Shown one piece after another: positions 51,897 to 62,494 of a DNA stretch of 64,000 nt. Under the pieces are notes generated by a model that saw only the letters and a program-made list of their open reading frames with translations, had not been told where the DNA came from and searched no databases. How positions within the stretch are numbered: position 1 is the first letter of the stretch; each line of letters begins with the position of its first letter. The position numbers were made by a program, and so were the translations under genes. The DNA comes from Acidobacteriota bacterium (lineage in GTDB: Bacteria > Acidobacteriota > UBA6911), in NCBI GenBank assembly GCA_963664705.1, contig OY761556.1, positions 1,888,001 through 1,952,000 on the forward strand. Reading direction: 5' to 3'.

Positions 51897-52916
51897 ATGC
51901 CAGTTCGCCTTAATCGCAAGTCAGGTGCCCTCTCACCTTTGTTCATTTGTATGGTTATATTTTTTGCCATCGAATTCGCTCATGCTCAAGGAGGATGGAG
52001 ACTAGTCCGAACTGAAGAATTCCAATCGCCAGTCTACAACTCCGCAGCCGCCCCCACTAATATGCGCGATCCCTACTGTTCCCAGCACACGATTGATATC
52101 GGTCCCGGCCGTGACACCCGAGCCTTCAGCATCAAAGAGGTCATCCCCGGGAACTGCCATAACAGAGCCGGAAGTCGGGGGGTACAAGCATTCAGTCATC
52201 AATGGACCAACCCTCCCGCAGTATTGCCGGCAGGTCAGGTAATGCCGTTCACGCTATCTTCCAAAGTAGTAACTGTTGAGAATATATCGAATGGGCGTGG
52301 AAGTTCTGGGGTATATGCCGGTTTTCTTGACTACAACCAGCCCAATGGCCCCTATGGTCCCGGATCTAATGAACCAACTTACAAGATTGCTACCGTTGTT
52401 GCCGAAGGACCGGCAAATGCCGGAATGGTCTTCAACAATGAACGGGCCGAGAAGCCTTTCATAATGCCTCCACATCCATGGATGGGGAGTGACCGCAATA
52501 ACGGACAAGTTCGTTTTCGTATCTGGACTACGCATGTTGCCCCTTGGCGGGCAGTAGATTATATCTACAAATGGGATCCCTCCGTTTCAACCGGTGCGGC
52601 CCAATCGACAGCAAATAGCTCAGCCTGGCCGGGTCAGATTTGGAAGGTAAGGGAATCTGCTCCTGATGGCCGCTATTGTGATGGAACCTGGACTCGGATC
52701 GGCAACACGAATCGATTCTCAGGAGAGTGGACCTGCTCTTGGGGTGCAAATGTTAAAGATAATCTTACAATTCATCCTCTAAAGGGGAACCAAGTCACTG
52801 TGCTCCGCGAAAGTCTGGGCGAAAACTATCGGGGTACCTTATCGGTTGATGGCAGTACCATTGATGGGACCACGTGGGGGGCCGGCGGAAAATGGAAAGT
52901 CCAGATTCAAAAATAA
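51897..52916 (+). CDS. Hypothetical secreted two-domain protein
   Basis: Signal peptide ending AHA-Q; Ser/Ala/Thr linker; Trp/Gly-rich C-terminal beta domain. Confidence 0.75.
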   Translation: MPVRLNRKSGALSPLFICMVIFFAIEFAHAQGGWRLVRTEEFQSPVYNSAAAPTNMRDPYCSQHTIDIGPGRDTRAFSIKEVIPGNCHNRAGSRGVQAFSHQWTNPPAVLPAGQVMPFTLSSKVVTVENISNGRGSSGVYAGFLDYNQPNGPYGPGSNEPTYKIATVVAEGPANAGMVFNNERAEKPFIMPPHPWMGSDRNNGQVRFRIWTTHVAPWRAVDYIYKWDPSVSTGAAQSTANSSAWPGQIWKVRESAPDGRYCDGTWTRIGNTNRFSGEWTCSWGANVKDNLTIHPLKGNQVTVLRESLGENYRGTLSVDGSTIDGTTWGAGGKWKVQIQK

Positions 52917-52939
52917 TAATAGGCCTGATTCGGGGCTAG

Positions 52940-53246
52940 TATTACTAGCGGAACAAGGCGGCTAATCCGGAATGGGATTCCAGCCGATTCTACTCCGTCC
53001 CCAACAGGGGCCATTGCGGAGATGGAGGACTGGAATTATTCGACATGCGAACCCCTCTGGTGGACTTGGGTTGAAACGGGTAAAGCACCGGGCGGAATTG
53101 TCGCGCACGACTGGGCGGGACAGTTCCCCCGCCGCCCGCTTTGCCCATGGCCGAGCTATGCGCTTTATACGGGTAGCGGCGATACCAAAGATGCCGCCAA
53201 TTTCGAGTGCCGAAATGACCCGTCAGCAGTATCATCCGACTGCTGA
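52940..53246 (+). pseudogene. Remnant of a tannase/feruloyl esterase gene (C-terminal part)
   Basis: YY*RNKAANPEWDSSRFYSVPNRGHCGDG...FDMRTPLVD, then a +1 frameshift into WVETGKAP...RPLCPWPSYALYTGSGDTKDAANFEC. Confidence 0.75.
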
Positions 53247-53399
53247 TCCTATCGTACCCTCGTCGATAGGTTGCCAGAGAAAACTCAAGAAAACGAGCGC
53301 GCCGCGGCACGTTTGTTTTGAGAAAAAGCCATTCTCCGTGTTCTCCGTGGCCTGTTCGTTTAAACGCTGCCGATTAATCAAAATTCGCGCTATTTTGCG

Positions 53400-54794
53400 A
53401 TGAGGTTGAGGCTTAGAATAGAGCTTCTGAAACCACCTGTGATGCAGCATCAACGGAGAGGGGTCAAAATTATGCGGTGGATGCGATTCTGTTTGCTCGT
53501 CCTGTTGTGTGTCCTTGGTGTAACTGCCTGGGCTGATGATTGGCCGCAATGGTTGGGAGCGCAACGAGACAGCGTCTGGCGCGAAGATGGAATTGTGCAG
53601 CGAATTCCGGAGAAGGGGCTCCCAGTTCTTTGGCGAACAAAGATTGGCCTTGGTTACGCGGGGCCCGCTGTGGCGGATGGACGCGTCTACGTGATGGACT
53701 ATTTGTTGAAATCGGGGAAGGTTACTAACAACCCGGATGTTCGCGATAAGACGACGGGCAAAGAACGGGTGCTTTGTCTCCAGGCCGCGACTGGAAAGAT
53801 TTTGTGGAAGCATGAGTATGACCGCTCTTACAACCTGTCGTTCGCCGGCGGCCCAAGGACTACGCCTACGGTTGTGGACGGGAAGGTATACGCTCTGGGG
53901 GCGGAAGGGAACCTATGGTGCCTCGATGCTCGCACCGGCAAGGTGATTTGGAGCGTTGACTATGTCAAGGATTATGGCGCCAAGGCTCCGATATGGGGCT
54001 TTGCCTCTCATCCCCTGGTAGATGGTGATCTGCTTTACTGTGTCGTGGGCGGTGAAGGTTCGGTTGCCGTTGCTTTCAACAAGAATACGGGCAAAGAAGT
54101 CTGGCGAGCGCTTTCGGCGCGCGAGCCGGGTTACTGTGCTCCATCGATTATCGAGCACGCCGGTGTTCGGCAGTTGTTGATCTGGCACGCTGATTCACTC
54201 AACAGCCTTGACCTAAAGACAGGCAAAGTCTACTGGACGGTCGCGGTAAAGCCGTATGTCGGAATGGCAATCGCCGTGCCTCGAAAGTGGGAATCTTTTC
54301 TCCTGGCATCGAATTTCGGTGTGGCGGCTTTGTTGAAGCTGGATGATGTCAAACCTGGTGCCGAGATTCAATGGCGGGGCGAGCCCAAAAACGCGATCTA
54401 TTCGGCGAACGTCACGCCGTTCATCGAGGATGGCACGATCTACGGTTGCGACATTGAAACCGGGGCGCTGATGGGCGTCGATCTGAGAGATGGGACGCGC
54501 CTATGGCAAACCACGGCGGCGACCTTTGGGGGGCCTGGACGAGCTCGCTACGGAACGGCATTTGTCGTGAAGAATGGCAACCGTTTCGTTTTGTTTAACG
54601 AGAAGGGGGATCTGATTCTGGCCAACCTGACGCGAAAGGGCTATGAGGAACTTGGACGTCAGCATGTGCTGGAGCCGACCAACGTGGTATTCGATCGCCC
54701 TGTTGTCTGGAGCCATCCGGCATTTGCCAATCGTTGCCTCTACGCTCGCAACGACAAAGAGCTGGTCTGCGTTTCAATGGCCGGCGTGAAATGA
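53400..54794 (+). CDS. PQQ-like beta-propeller repeat protein, exported
   Basis: DDWPQWLGAQRD, GPRTTPTV, WSHPAFANRCLYARND; real start probably MRWMRF near 53472. Confidence 0.88.
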   Translation: MRLRLRIELLKPPVMQHQRRGVKIMRWMRFCLLVLLCVLGVTAWADDWPQWLGAQRDSVWREDGIVQRIPEKGLPVLWRTKIGLGYAGPAVADGRVYVMDYLLKSGKVTNNPDVRDKTTGKERVLCLQAATGKILWKHEYDRSYNLSFAGGPRTTPTVVDGKVYALGAEGNLWCLDARTGKVIWSVDYVKDYGAKAPIWGFASHPLVDGDLLYCVVGGEGSVAVAFNKNTGKEVWRALSAREPGYCAPSIIEHAGVRQLLIWHADSLNSLDLKTGKVYWTVAVKPYVGMAIAVPRKWESFLLASNFGVAALLKLDDVKPGAEIQWRGEPKNAIYSANVTPFIEDGTIYGCDIETGALMGVDLRDGTRLWQTTAATFGGPGRARYGTAFVVKNGNRFVLFNEKGDLILANLTRKGYEELGRQHVLEPTNVVFDRPVVWSHPAFANRCLYARNDKELVCVSMAGVK

Positions 54795-54972
54795 CCTAGA
54801 GTGGCAGCGCGGTCCCCTCAGTACGCATGGCGGGCAAAACTTTGAAGCAACCCGGAAGAAGCGAGGTCGTCCAAAGTAATAGCCAGCCGTTTAGCATCAG
54901 CCGGGACCGCCAATCCACACCCTTAAACCTGCACGCCGTCCACAGATACGATCGGTTGAACGCCCGCTCAGC

Positions 54973-55989
54973 TCAGTTTTCGGTCGGCTCTTTCTCTGCG
55001 CTGTCGACGACAATTGTGTCCGTGGGAACTTTTCGGGCATCGAGGCTCAATCCGAGTTGCTTGACGGACTGAAATATTGACCCGCCGCTCGGATCCGATG
55101 CCGCACCTCCCGCGAGGCCGTTCGAAGGAGCTGCGCCGCCGCCGAGAGCACCCGCATATTCCGGCATCAGTTTCTTCGTCATATTCACAAGTTCCTGGAC
55201 AGGGAGCTCCAGTACAACCTTGTAATTGCCCTTCAGTTCAGTCAGGTCAACGACCTGGCGATCGGTAAACTGGCTCAAGACTTCGGCAAAATCGGACATG
55301 CTCATCTTTGGCATTTCCCATCGTACGAATGGATTCTCACCGGTCATTATTACCTGCATCTTGCCGGCTTTGCCCATGTCCATGGATACGCCGCTGCTTT
55401 CGCGTTTCATGTTTAGCGTCATTTCCCCGGCAGGGGTGTTGGGCGACGTTTCTTCTTTTTTGCCATCTTCTTTTTCTGTCGCTTTCGCAGCGCCGGCATT
55501 GGGAGCCGTAGCGGATGGTTCCTCTTCCGCCTCCTTGATCTTCAGCCCTGCTTTCGCAACGGTGAGCGCGTAAACCGATTGTTCTCTGTTTTCTCGATGA
55601 AAAGTTAGCTTGAACCTTTCAGCAAGAAGAGACTGCAGCATTTCGTTGATCTGTTCCTTTTTGCTGCCGGGCGGGAGCTTTGCGTGAATTTCCCAAAGTG
55701 TGGATTTCATCCACTCCGGACCCGCAATCTGATGAGGCTTCAGTTTGTAGGCCATCGCGATCATGCTGCTCAGCGACATGAACTTCATATCAAACTGGGC
55801 TGCATCCATTCTTATTCCAAGGTCAATCTTGCCGGATGCCGCTTGCGTGGCAAGGCTGGAAAGTGGCGGCGAGGGCTTAATTGTTGCCACCTCAAAAGCC
55901 AGTTTGGCGGGAGTCTGTTGCGCGCAAAGTGATGCATGAAAGGCTAATAGTATAATGAAGCTGGTACACACAAAACGAAACGGATTCAT
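54973..55989 (-). CDS. Acidobacterial TIGR03435-like exported protein
   Basis: FEVATIKPS, MLQSLLAERFKLTFHRE, VVDLTELKGNY, QLGLSL, IVVDSAEKEPTEN. Confidence 0.85.
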   Translation of the reverse strand: MNPFRFVCTSFIILLAFHASLCAQQTPAKLAFEVATIKPSPPLSSLATQAASGKIDLGIRMDAAQFDMKFMSLSSMIAMAYKLKPHQIAGPEWMKSTLWEIHAKLPPGSKKEQINEMLQSLLAERFKLTFHRENREQSVYALTVAKAGLKIKEAEEEPSATAPNAGAAKATEKEDGKKEETSPNTPAGEMTLNMKRESSGVSMDMGKAGKMQVIMTGENPFVRWEMPKMSMSDFAEVLSQFTDRQVVDLTELKGNYKVVLELPVQELVNMTKKLMPEYAGALGGGAAPSNGLAGGAASDPSGGSIFQSVKQLGLSLDARKVPTDTIVVDSAEKEPTEN

Positions 55990-56235
55990 CCTTAAACTCC
56001 TGTCTTACGGCATCAGAACCACGGGCGCCCGCCAAAATTCCGGCCTCTGGCCTGATGGGTCGATAATGCTTACCAGCCAATTGTATGGGTCCGGCGCAGG
56101 ATTTCCCAGAAAAAGAATGAATTTACAGAGGCGTGGTTTTGAGTTCGTGTGCTGAGAGACCGTAAAGCTGGCAGACCCCATCCCTTTGAATGCCGGGACG
56201 CATTCTGTTCGAAGCATATCCTCTCAGGTAAACCC

Positions 56236-57333
56236 TTAATTGATTGCGGTCATGGTGAATTGACCCGTTCCGCCATTTCCGGGCGGGTCAAGATTCCACA
56301 GCTTGATCGTTCCGGTCAGACTGCTGGCCGAAAAGGAAAAGGGATTCACCGTCAGGCATTCAAATATCGGCTTATCCAGGTCATCGAGCGTATGAATATG
56401 GATTTCCAGCACATTCCCAATAAGAGTGCCGGTGACATAAGTCGGGTCCCCGGAAACCGTCTGCCCGTTATGCGTCAGGCTGAGTGCACGCACCTCGGCT
56501 ACCGTTCCACTGATCCGGATATTCAGACTGGCTACAATGGTCAGCCCTGGAAAATCAATCTTCAGATTATAGGCTTTGACCGCAGGAGTCATGGGAAGGG
56601 ATGAAAACTGCCCGCCCGTGTCAGTGAGTGCCGTTCCTATAATGGGCACATCGGACTGTATGTCCACACGACCGCCGCCTGTCATCTGCACCCCTGGGAA
56701 ATACTGCCATAGATATTTGGGAATCTGCTGGCTCGGCTGCAAAAGAAGTGGGGATACCAGTGTGCCCAAAAGCTCATTTGTCGAGGAATAGAGCTTCATC
56801 TGTACTGTCGCCGCGGTAGAGGCTGCATTGGCCAGAGCTAGGGCCAGGGAGGAAAAACTGTCAAACGGGATGACAGTCAAGTAGGTCTGAACCGAGGGCA
56901 GAACTCCGATGCTATCCATCAATTGTCCCCCGGATTTGATGTAGTAGGTAAGGGTCCCTTCGATGAAACTGGTTTCCTCTGAATTGCTAGACCTTATGGT
57001 ACCGAAACCCGTTTCCGTTGAGCCGGACCCGATAATTCGGAGAGTCCTGGTTTCACCGGGTCCAAGAGAAATGCTCAGTTTTCCATCGGTGACCACACTG
57101 CCGCTGATCGCCGGGCTCCATGGTTGTCCTGCAGTCTGTTCGGAACTGCGAAACAGGCTGAGTAAGCCCTGGTAAGTGGTTGTTCCACGATTGGTAACAT
57201 TCACAACCGTCTCCAGTCCGCCTCCGGCAGCAATTTGCGCGAAGGCAATTTCCCTGGCAACGGTGGGAAACTGCGCAAAACCTCCTGCGGAAACAAGCAA
57301 AAGCCACAGAAGCAAAGCAATTGAATTCCTCAT
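56236..57333 (-). CDS. Hypothetical exported protein
   Basis: Signal peptide; FAQIAAGGGLET and beta-rich sequence; AAGGAG RBS. Confidence 0.75.
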   Translation of the reverse strand: MRNSIALLLWLLLVSAGGFAQFPTVAREIAFAQIAAGGGLETVVNVTNRGTTTYQGLLSLFRSSEQTAGQPWSPAISGSVVTDGKLSISLGPGETRTLRIIGSGSTETGFGTIRSSNSEETSFIEGTLTYYIKSGGQLMDSIGVLPSVQTYLTVIPFDSFSSLALALANAASTAATVQMKLYSSTNELLGTLVSPLLLQPSQQIPKYLWQYFPGVQMTGGGRVDIQSDVPIIGTALTDTGGQFSSLPMTPAVKAYNLKIDFPGLTIVASLNIRISGTVAEVRALSLTHNGQTVSGDPTYVTGTLIGNVLEIHIHTLDDLDKPIFECLTVNPFSFSASSLTGTIKLWNLDPPGNGGTGQFTMTAIN

Positions 57334-57791
57334 ATACCTTTCTCCTTTTGCAGGATATTGGACGATTGGCGCCGGCCGACTTGCACCGTGCGCTGAAGAG
57401 ATTCAAAGGCACTTCGCTCAAAACAAATTCACAAGAGGAGGGGGTCGTCAGTAGCTCAGGAATCGGAGTGGCACGTTGATAATGCTGAGTAATGGTTTTG
57501 TGCGTGCATTAGGAAATTTGAAATATTTTCCGCTTCCAATGGGAAAGAGTCAAGCCATTTTCCGAATACCAGGCACGCCAGACGGATGTGCACACATCAG
57601 TTCCAAATAGGATGGTTCGGGGATACTACAAGAAGTTCACCAAATGAGTCTGAAGATTCCTTATTGGTAATTCAGGCGCCACAGATGTAGCCGGTGCGGT
57701 TATTGCGTTAATCAATAGATTCCGTCATTCCAGTCTGATAGGCTGCCTGCTTTTTGCCATCATTGTTTTTTAAGGGGACTGGATCCTGGTC

Positions 57792-58460
57792 ATGAATAGC
57801 ATTAGAGCTGTCGCCTTCGATTTGGACGGATTGCTTCTCGACACCGAGACCGTAGCGTTGGAAACATTTGTTGAAGCCTGCCGGGCAAATCATTTTGAGC
57901 CGGATATAGAGATCTATTCCCGCTGCATCGGAACAACATATTCTGATGTGGAGACCATACTCAAGACCGGATACGGCAAAGATTTTCCCTATGATGCAGT
58001 CATGGCACTCTGGAACAGGCGGTATGCCGAAGAAGCGCTGCAAAAACCCGTTCCGCTGAAGGCAGGAGCGGTGAACCTGCTTCAACGACTGGAAGATCTC
58101 CAAATTCCGAAGGCTGTGGTCACCTCGTCAAAAACCGCCAGCGCGAAACAGAAGCTGCGTAATGCCGGGATCCTCGACTTTTTCCAGGTCATTGTTTGTG
58201 GCGATCAGATCTCCCGGGGCAAGCCGGATCCGGAGATATATCGAACTGCTGCTCATAAACTGGGAGAAGATCCGACCGCCTGTGTAGCACTGGAGGATTC
58301 TGACAACGGTGTCCGTTCAGCCGTGCAGGCAGGCTTTATTGTGGTGCAAATACCGGATATAAAGGAGCCTTCCGCGCAGGTGAAAAACTTGGGACACAGA
58401 ATTGCGCTCTCTCTGGCCGAGGCACAGACCATCCTGCTGGACCTATTATCGATCCGCTGA
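57792..58460 (+). CDS. HAD-family phosphatase
   Basis: FDLDGLLLDTE, VTSS, GKPDPEIY, LEDSDNG. Confidence 0.92.
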   Translation: MNSIRAVAFDLDGLLLDTETVALETFVEACRANHFEPDIEIYSRCIGTTYSDVETILKTGYGKDFPYDAVMALWNRRYAEEALQKPVPLKAGAVNLLQRLEDLQIPKAVVTSSKTASAKQKLRNAGILDFFQVIVCGDQISRGKPDPEIYRTAAHKLGEDPTACVALEDSDNGVRSAVQAGFIVVQIPDIKEPSAQVKNLGHRIALSLAEAQTILLDLLSIR

Positions 58461-58578
58461 TGCCGGCCGTGAAGTGCGGCGGCTTGCCACCGCTCTAAAG
58501 GACTTCGCCCTTTGACAAAAAACTGTGGTATTAGGCCCGGAACCGTGACGCTTTCAGGAGGGATCTCCCCACGCTTTT

Positions 58579-59145
58579 TCAGTTCTTGGACTCGGGATTG
58601 TAGTATTCATCAATATCCACCCATCCGACAAACCCTTTGGGCGGATAGGGAGATTGCACGCGCGTAATGCACTGGGTCGCTCCCGGCATTCCTCCTCCGC
58701 CTGCCAGCAATGAACAGTAGCCATCATAGACATCGAGAATAATGCCGACATGCCGGAACGGAATTTTCACAACAAACAAATCACCACTGTTGGGGGACAG
58801 GTCTGCATCTCCAGCGGAGTGCCACCCCTTTCCTCTTTTTGTGACTTCGAGGTTATAGGGGCTTAGCGTGAATTTGTTTTCACCTTTGCGTCTACAGAGC
58901 TTCGCATCGCAGATCCGGCTGTGAATATTCTGGATAAAATCGACGCAGGTGGAGTATCCCGGATGGGTTTCCCACCATGTCATCCACTCATCAGCCGTTT
59001 TATTGGTAAACTGGCTGAACTTTGTCTCACGCAGCCCAACCTTCATTCCATCATTTGGGAAATTCAAATCCAGCAGGCGATTCACAAAATTGCGAACATC
59101 CGTGTAATAGGGATTTTCGATATATTCAGTAGCATCATCCGCCAT
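58579..59145 (-). CDS. Putative CHAP/NlpC-P60-like cysteine hydrolase
   Basis: STCVDF ... PNSGDLFVV ... HVGII ... GWVDID; GAGGA RBS. Confidence 0.6.
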   Translation of the reverse strand: MADDATEYIENPYYTDVRNFVNRLLDLNFPNDGMKVGLRETKFSQFTNKTADEWMTWWETHPGYSTCVDFIQNIHSRICDAKLCRRKGENKFTLSPYNLEVTKRGKGWHSAGDADLSPNSGDLFVVKIPFRHVGIILDVYDGYCSLLAGGGGMPGATQCITRVQSPYPPKGFVGWVDIDEYYNPESKN

Positions 59146-59334
59146 AGAATCCTCGCAAAGTGAAGGTGTTGATGATCTGATACTACAGTATTGTCACTGG
59201 CAACGTCATAAATTTCCTTATGGGCCACACCCGGGAAAATAGCCGAAAACCTTCTTTCGCGACACGGATGATTGGAGCGTATATTATTTGGTGCGAATTC
59301 GAAGAGGGCGGATGAATGGATGGAGATTGAGCCT

Positions 59335-60030
59335 ATGATACCCAAAGGGGTGTTGATTGATTGCGGAGGAACTCTTCTGGATGAAATATCCTACAATCTC
59401 CCGGCCGGGGATGCGTGGATGCTGTGCCATTCCCTGCAAAATCCCTCAAATATTGATCTCAAGCAAATCTCCGAACGCCGTGCCTTTATTGAAAGGGAAG
59501 TCGTTGTCCGCCGCGATCAATGTCGGATCGAGACGCCATGGACCGTCATCACAAGGCTGGTTTACGACTATTTCAACATTCAGCTCGGGACGGACTGGGA
59601 AAATCTGGAACTGGAATTCTAGAAGGCATCGATGACGACGCGGGCGATGAGCGGAGCAGCCGAAACGCTTGCCGAGCTTTGTCGTCAGAACATACCGGTG
59701 GGAGTACTCAGCAACTCCATTTATCGACCGGCTGTGCTTACTTATGAACTTGAGAAGCAGGGGCTGGCCGAACACCTGCAGTTTGTGATGTCTTCCGCCG
59801 AGCATGGTATTCGCAAACCGGATCCGCTGCTCTTTGAGCTTGCGGCAAAGAAGCTGGGTCGAAAATCCGACGATATATGGTTTGTCGGGGATAAAGCGGA
59901 GATCGATGTAAATGGCGCCAAATCAGCAGGCATGATCCCTGTATGGTTTCAGCCGGACGCTACCTCTCCGCTACCATGCGCTGGTATTACTGGCTGGCAT
60001 GAATTTCTTTCGCTGTTCTTGAATGGATAG
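59335..60030 (+). pseudogene. HAD-family hydrolase split by an in-frame TAG (59620-59622)
   Basis: VLIDCGGTLL...LELEF*KASMTT...VLSN...RKPDP...FVGDKAEIDV; both ORFs share one frame. Confidence 0.8.
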
Positions 60031-60110
60031 GGGGATTTCCGATCCAGGGTTCCGGATGGAACTGGAATCCTGAATCGGAAATCATCTCCCTTTTCCCGTG
60101 AGAAAGATTG

Positions 60111-60836
60111 CTATTTCGCGGAAGTGTTTTTGGGCGATTTCTTATTTAGCAGCGAAATAAGGGAGCTTCCGGCAGGAGGGGTTTTGACCGCGCCTTTTTG
60201 GATGATATCCTCGGCATCGAGCTTCTTGCCATAGAGATTCTCATTCGCACCGCCGTCGGAACGCAGTGTCGAGCCTTCGAGAGACACCCCGGCAAAAAGA
60301 CCACGGGACCGCGAATAGCTCAAAAGTTCTGCTTTCATGACAACATCGGTGGAAGCGGATGCGGTTCGCCCTTTGGGTCCGGCCGCTGCTGCGGCATCCG
60401 CGCCCAACTTCACTTTGCTGTTCAGAATAGAAGTGGCGCCCTTCGAGTTCATCACGAGAATTACAAAGTCTGTGGCGTTGGCGCCCAGCTGAATACCGAT
60501 ATTACCCCCTTCCAGCGCATACATAGCCGGTGCGCCCCAGGGTCCTGAATAATCTGCGCCGCTGCGGCATACCAGGGCTCCGCGGCCATAGCTGCCGCCA
60601 ATGCCAATGGCGATTTTTTTTACGGAAGGGAAGATAAGAACGCATTCTGCTTTATCCAGAAGTTCCTGCGGTATACCGTCAGGGATGCCCAATATTTCGG
60701 TCATCACCTCGCCGCACTGTTTCAGCCTGTTTTGTTCCTTTTCCTGTCCCCACCCCGTCATGCATACCAGTGCGACAGAAAGCACGCACATCCATACTGT
60801 TCTCATGTTCATCTCCTTGAAATAGGGCAAAAACAT
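60111..60836 (-). CDS. Lipid-binding SYLF/Ysc84-domain protein
   Basis: IPQELLDKAEC, GGSYGRG, LGADAAAAAGPKGR, YSRSRGLFAGVSLEG. Confidence 0.9.
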   Translation of the reverse strand: MFLPYFKEMNMRTVWMCVLSVALVCMTGWGQEKEQNRLKQCGEVMTEILGIPDGIPQELLDKAECVLIFPSVKKIAIGIGGSYGRGALVCRSGADYSGPWGAPAMYALEGGNIGIQLGANATDFVILVMNSKGATSILNSKVKLGADAAAAAGPKGRTASASTDVVMKAELLSYSRSRGLFAGVSLEGSTLRSDGGANENLYGKKLDAEDIIQKGAVKTPPAGSSLISLLNKKSPKNTSAK

Positions 60837-60947
60837 ATAACAACTATACGCCTACCGGCAGGAACAGTCATCCTATTCGCCCCCATATTTGAATGGGTAT
60901 TTCTGCGCATTGCCATTCATTTCATGAAATATCACCATAGTCAGAGG

Positions 60948-61364
60948 ATGTATAAGGAGCCTGTGCAAAGAAATTCCGCAACAAGGAAGTTCAGAATCGT
61001 AATTGCCGACGACGATGACATGACACGGGTGCTGTTGACGAATCTTTTCGGTAATTCCGAGGATGTAGAAATCGTTGGAGAAGCACCCGACGGAAAAGTT
61101 GCGCTGGAGCTTGCGCGAAAACTTCTTCCCGATGCAGTGATCATGGATGTGGGTATGCCATATATGAATGGTATTGATGCAAGCCGCCAGATCCATATCG
61201 AGCACCCGGAAATCAGAGTCATTGCTCTTTCAATGTTTGAGGAAGAGGAAATGGCAAGGGAAATGAAGGAAGCGGGGGCCATCGGATATTTCTGCAAAAA
61301 CGAACCCTGGGATGAAACGGTGGAAGAGATACACCAGGTTCTGTCCGCGCATCCTGCTCATTAG
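60948..61364 (+). CDS. Single-domain response regulator receiver
   Basis: IVIADDD, VIMDVGMPYMNG, ALSM, GYFCK; no output domain; start approximate. Confidence 0.85.
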   Translation: MYKEPVQRNSATRKFRIVIADDDDMTRVLLTNLFGNSEDVEIVGEAPDGKVALELARKLLPDAVIMDVGMPYMNGIDASRQIHIEHPEIRVIALSMFEEEEMAREMKEAGAIGYFCKNEPWDETVEEIHQVLSAHPAH

Positions 61365-61513
61365 TTCGGATTCCGCTGGGCGGAACGGGCCGCGGGCAAT
61401 AGCCTGATTCGCAGACAAACTCGAGGCGCAGATAGTAAAATTTCTGTACTGAATGGCTACTAAATCTTGCATTCAAGGGACAAAAGTGCAAGAATGTCGT
61501 GCCTTTGAGCCGC

Positions 61514-61590
61514 GTCCCCATCGTCTAGTCGGCCTAGGACACCGCGCTTTCAATGCGGCAACACGGGTTCGAATCCCGTTGGGGACGCCA
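61514..61590 (+). tRNA. tRNA-Glu (TTC)
   Basis: GTCCCCA/TGGGGAC acceptor, anticodon loop CTTTCAA, GGTTCGAATCC, encoded CCA. Confidence 0.96.
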
Positions 61591-61832
61591 AAACCCGCCA
61601 AATTCCTGAATTTCCAATCCATAACACATATAGTCAGGATAAAGGACGTTCCCGTTGAAATCGGTGAGCATACGCGATGCCACGATAATTGAGAGAATCG
61701 ATACGGGACCTGAAAGTTACCGAATTCGCTGGGTTCTTCGAGATTGAGTATAACTACGTATATTCACAGCATGAAACCAAGTCGATAGGTTTTAAAAGGC
61801 CGAAAAGCTTTTTGGCGAACCAGTCACCCCGA

Positions 61833-62339
61833 ATGGCAGGAAAGAGGGTCCATATGCCCGCATTACATCTTCATGCGGCAGACGATGAACCTACCGCACC
61901 GCGGCACGCATCCATTCTCGACCATTCTTCCTTCCTGACCATATGCCCTCATTGCAGCAAAGTCATTTCCCAAAATTTGTACCGTTGCGGCTGGTGCGGA
62001 AAGGAATTGCCCGGAAAACAGGACCGCAGGGCCGCTCCGAGAATAACCACTGCCATGGATTGCCAGCTGATCTTCGAAGGTATGCTGCACCGGGCGTTTC
62101 TACTGGAAATTTCCATGAAAGGAGCTCTCGTTTTGACCCGATTGCAGTTGCCCAACGATTCAGAGGTCCTCGTCCAGATAGACGCGCGCACCCCTTTGGG
62201 CTCATTAACCTTAACGGGAAAAACCATGCAGCGCGATCCGTCGGAAGGCGAGCGCAGCCTGATAAAGCGCCTTGTGGTCAAGTTCAATCACGGTTCCCAG
62301 GAGCTGATTGAATTCATGGATAGGCTAGCGCGCCTTTAA
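61833..62339 (+). CDS. PilZ-domain protein with N-terminal zinc ribbon
   Basis: CPHC...CGWCG; DRRAAPR (RxxxR) and EISMKG ((D/E)xSxxG); start uncertain. Confidence 0.75.
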   Translation: MAGKRVHMPALHLHAADDEPTAPRHASILDHSSFLTICPHCSKVISQNLYRCGWCGKELPGKQDRRAAPRITTAMDCQLIFEGMLHRAFLLEISMKGALVLTRLQLPNDSEVLVQIDARTPLGSLTLTGKTMQRDPSEGERSLIKRLVVKFNHGSQELIEFMDRLARL

Positions 62340-62494
62340 TTGCAAGCTCGCCTGCTTAGCCAGACTGCCTCTTTTCGAAATCCGCCGCAAAACAAAAACT
62401 TCATGCCAGATCCGCATTCGCCAAAGCAAATAAATATCCCTCTCCCCTGCATAACAGCGTAAAATTATTCCAAAACGTTCCGGGGGATACCGCC

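Noticed and set aside
53332-53349. TTCTCCGTG x2
   Set aside because: Only two units; too short to interpret.
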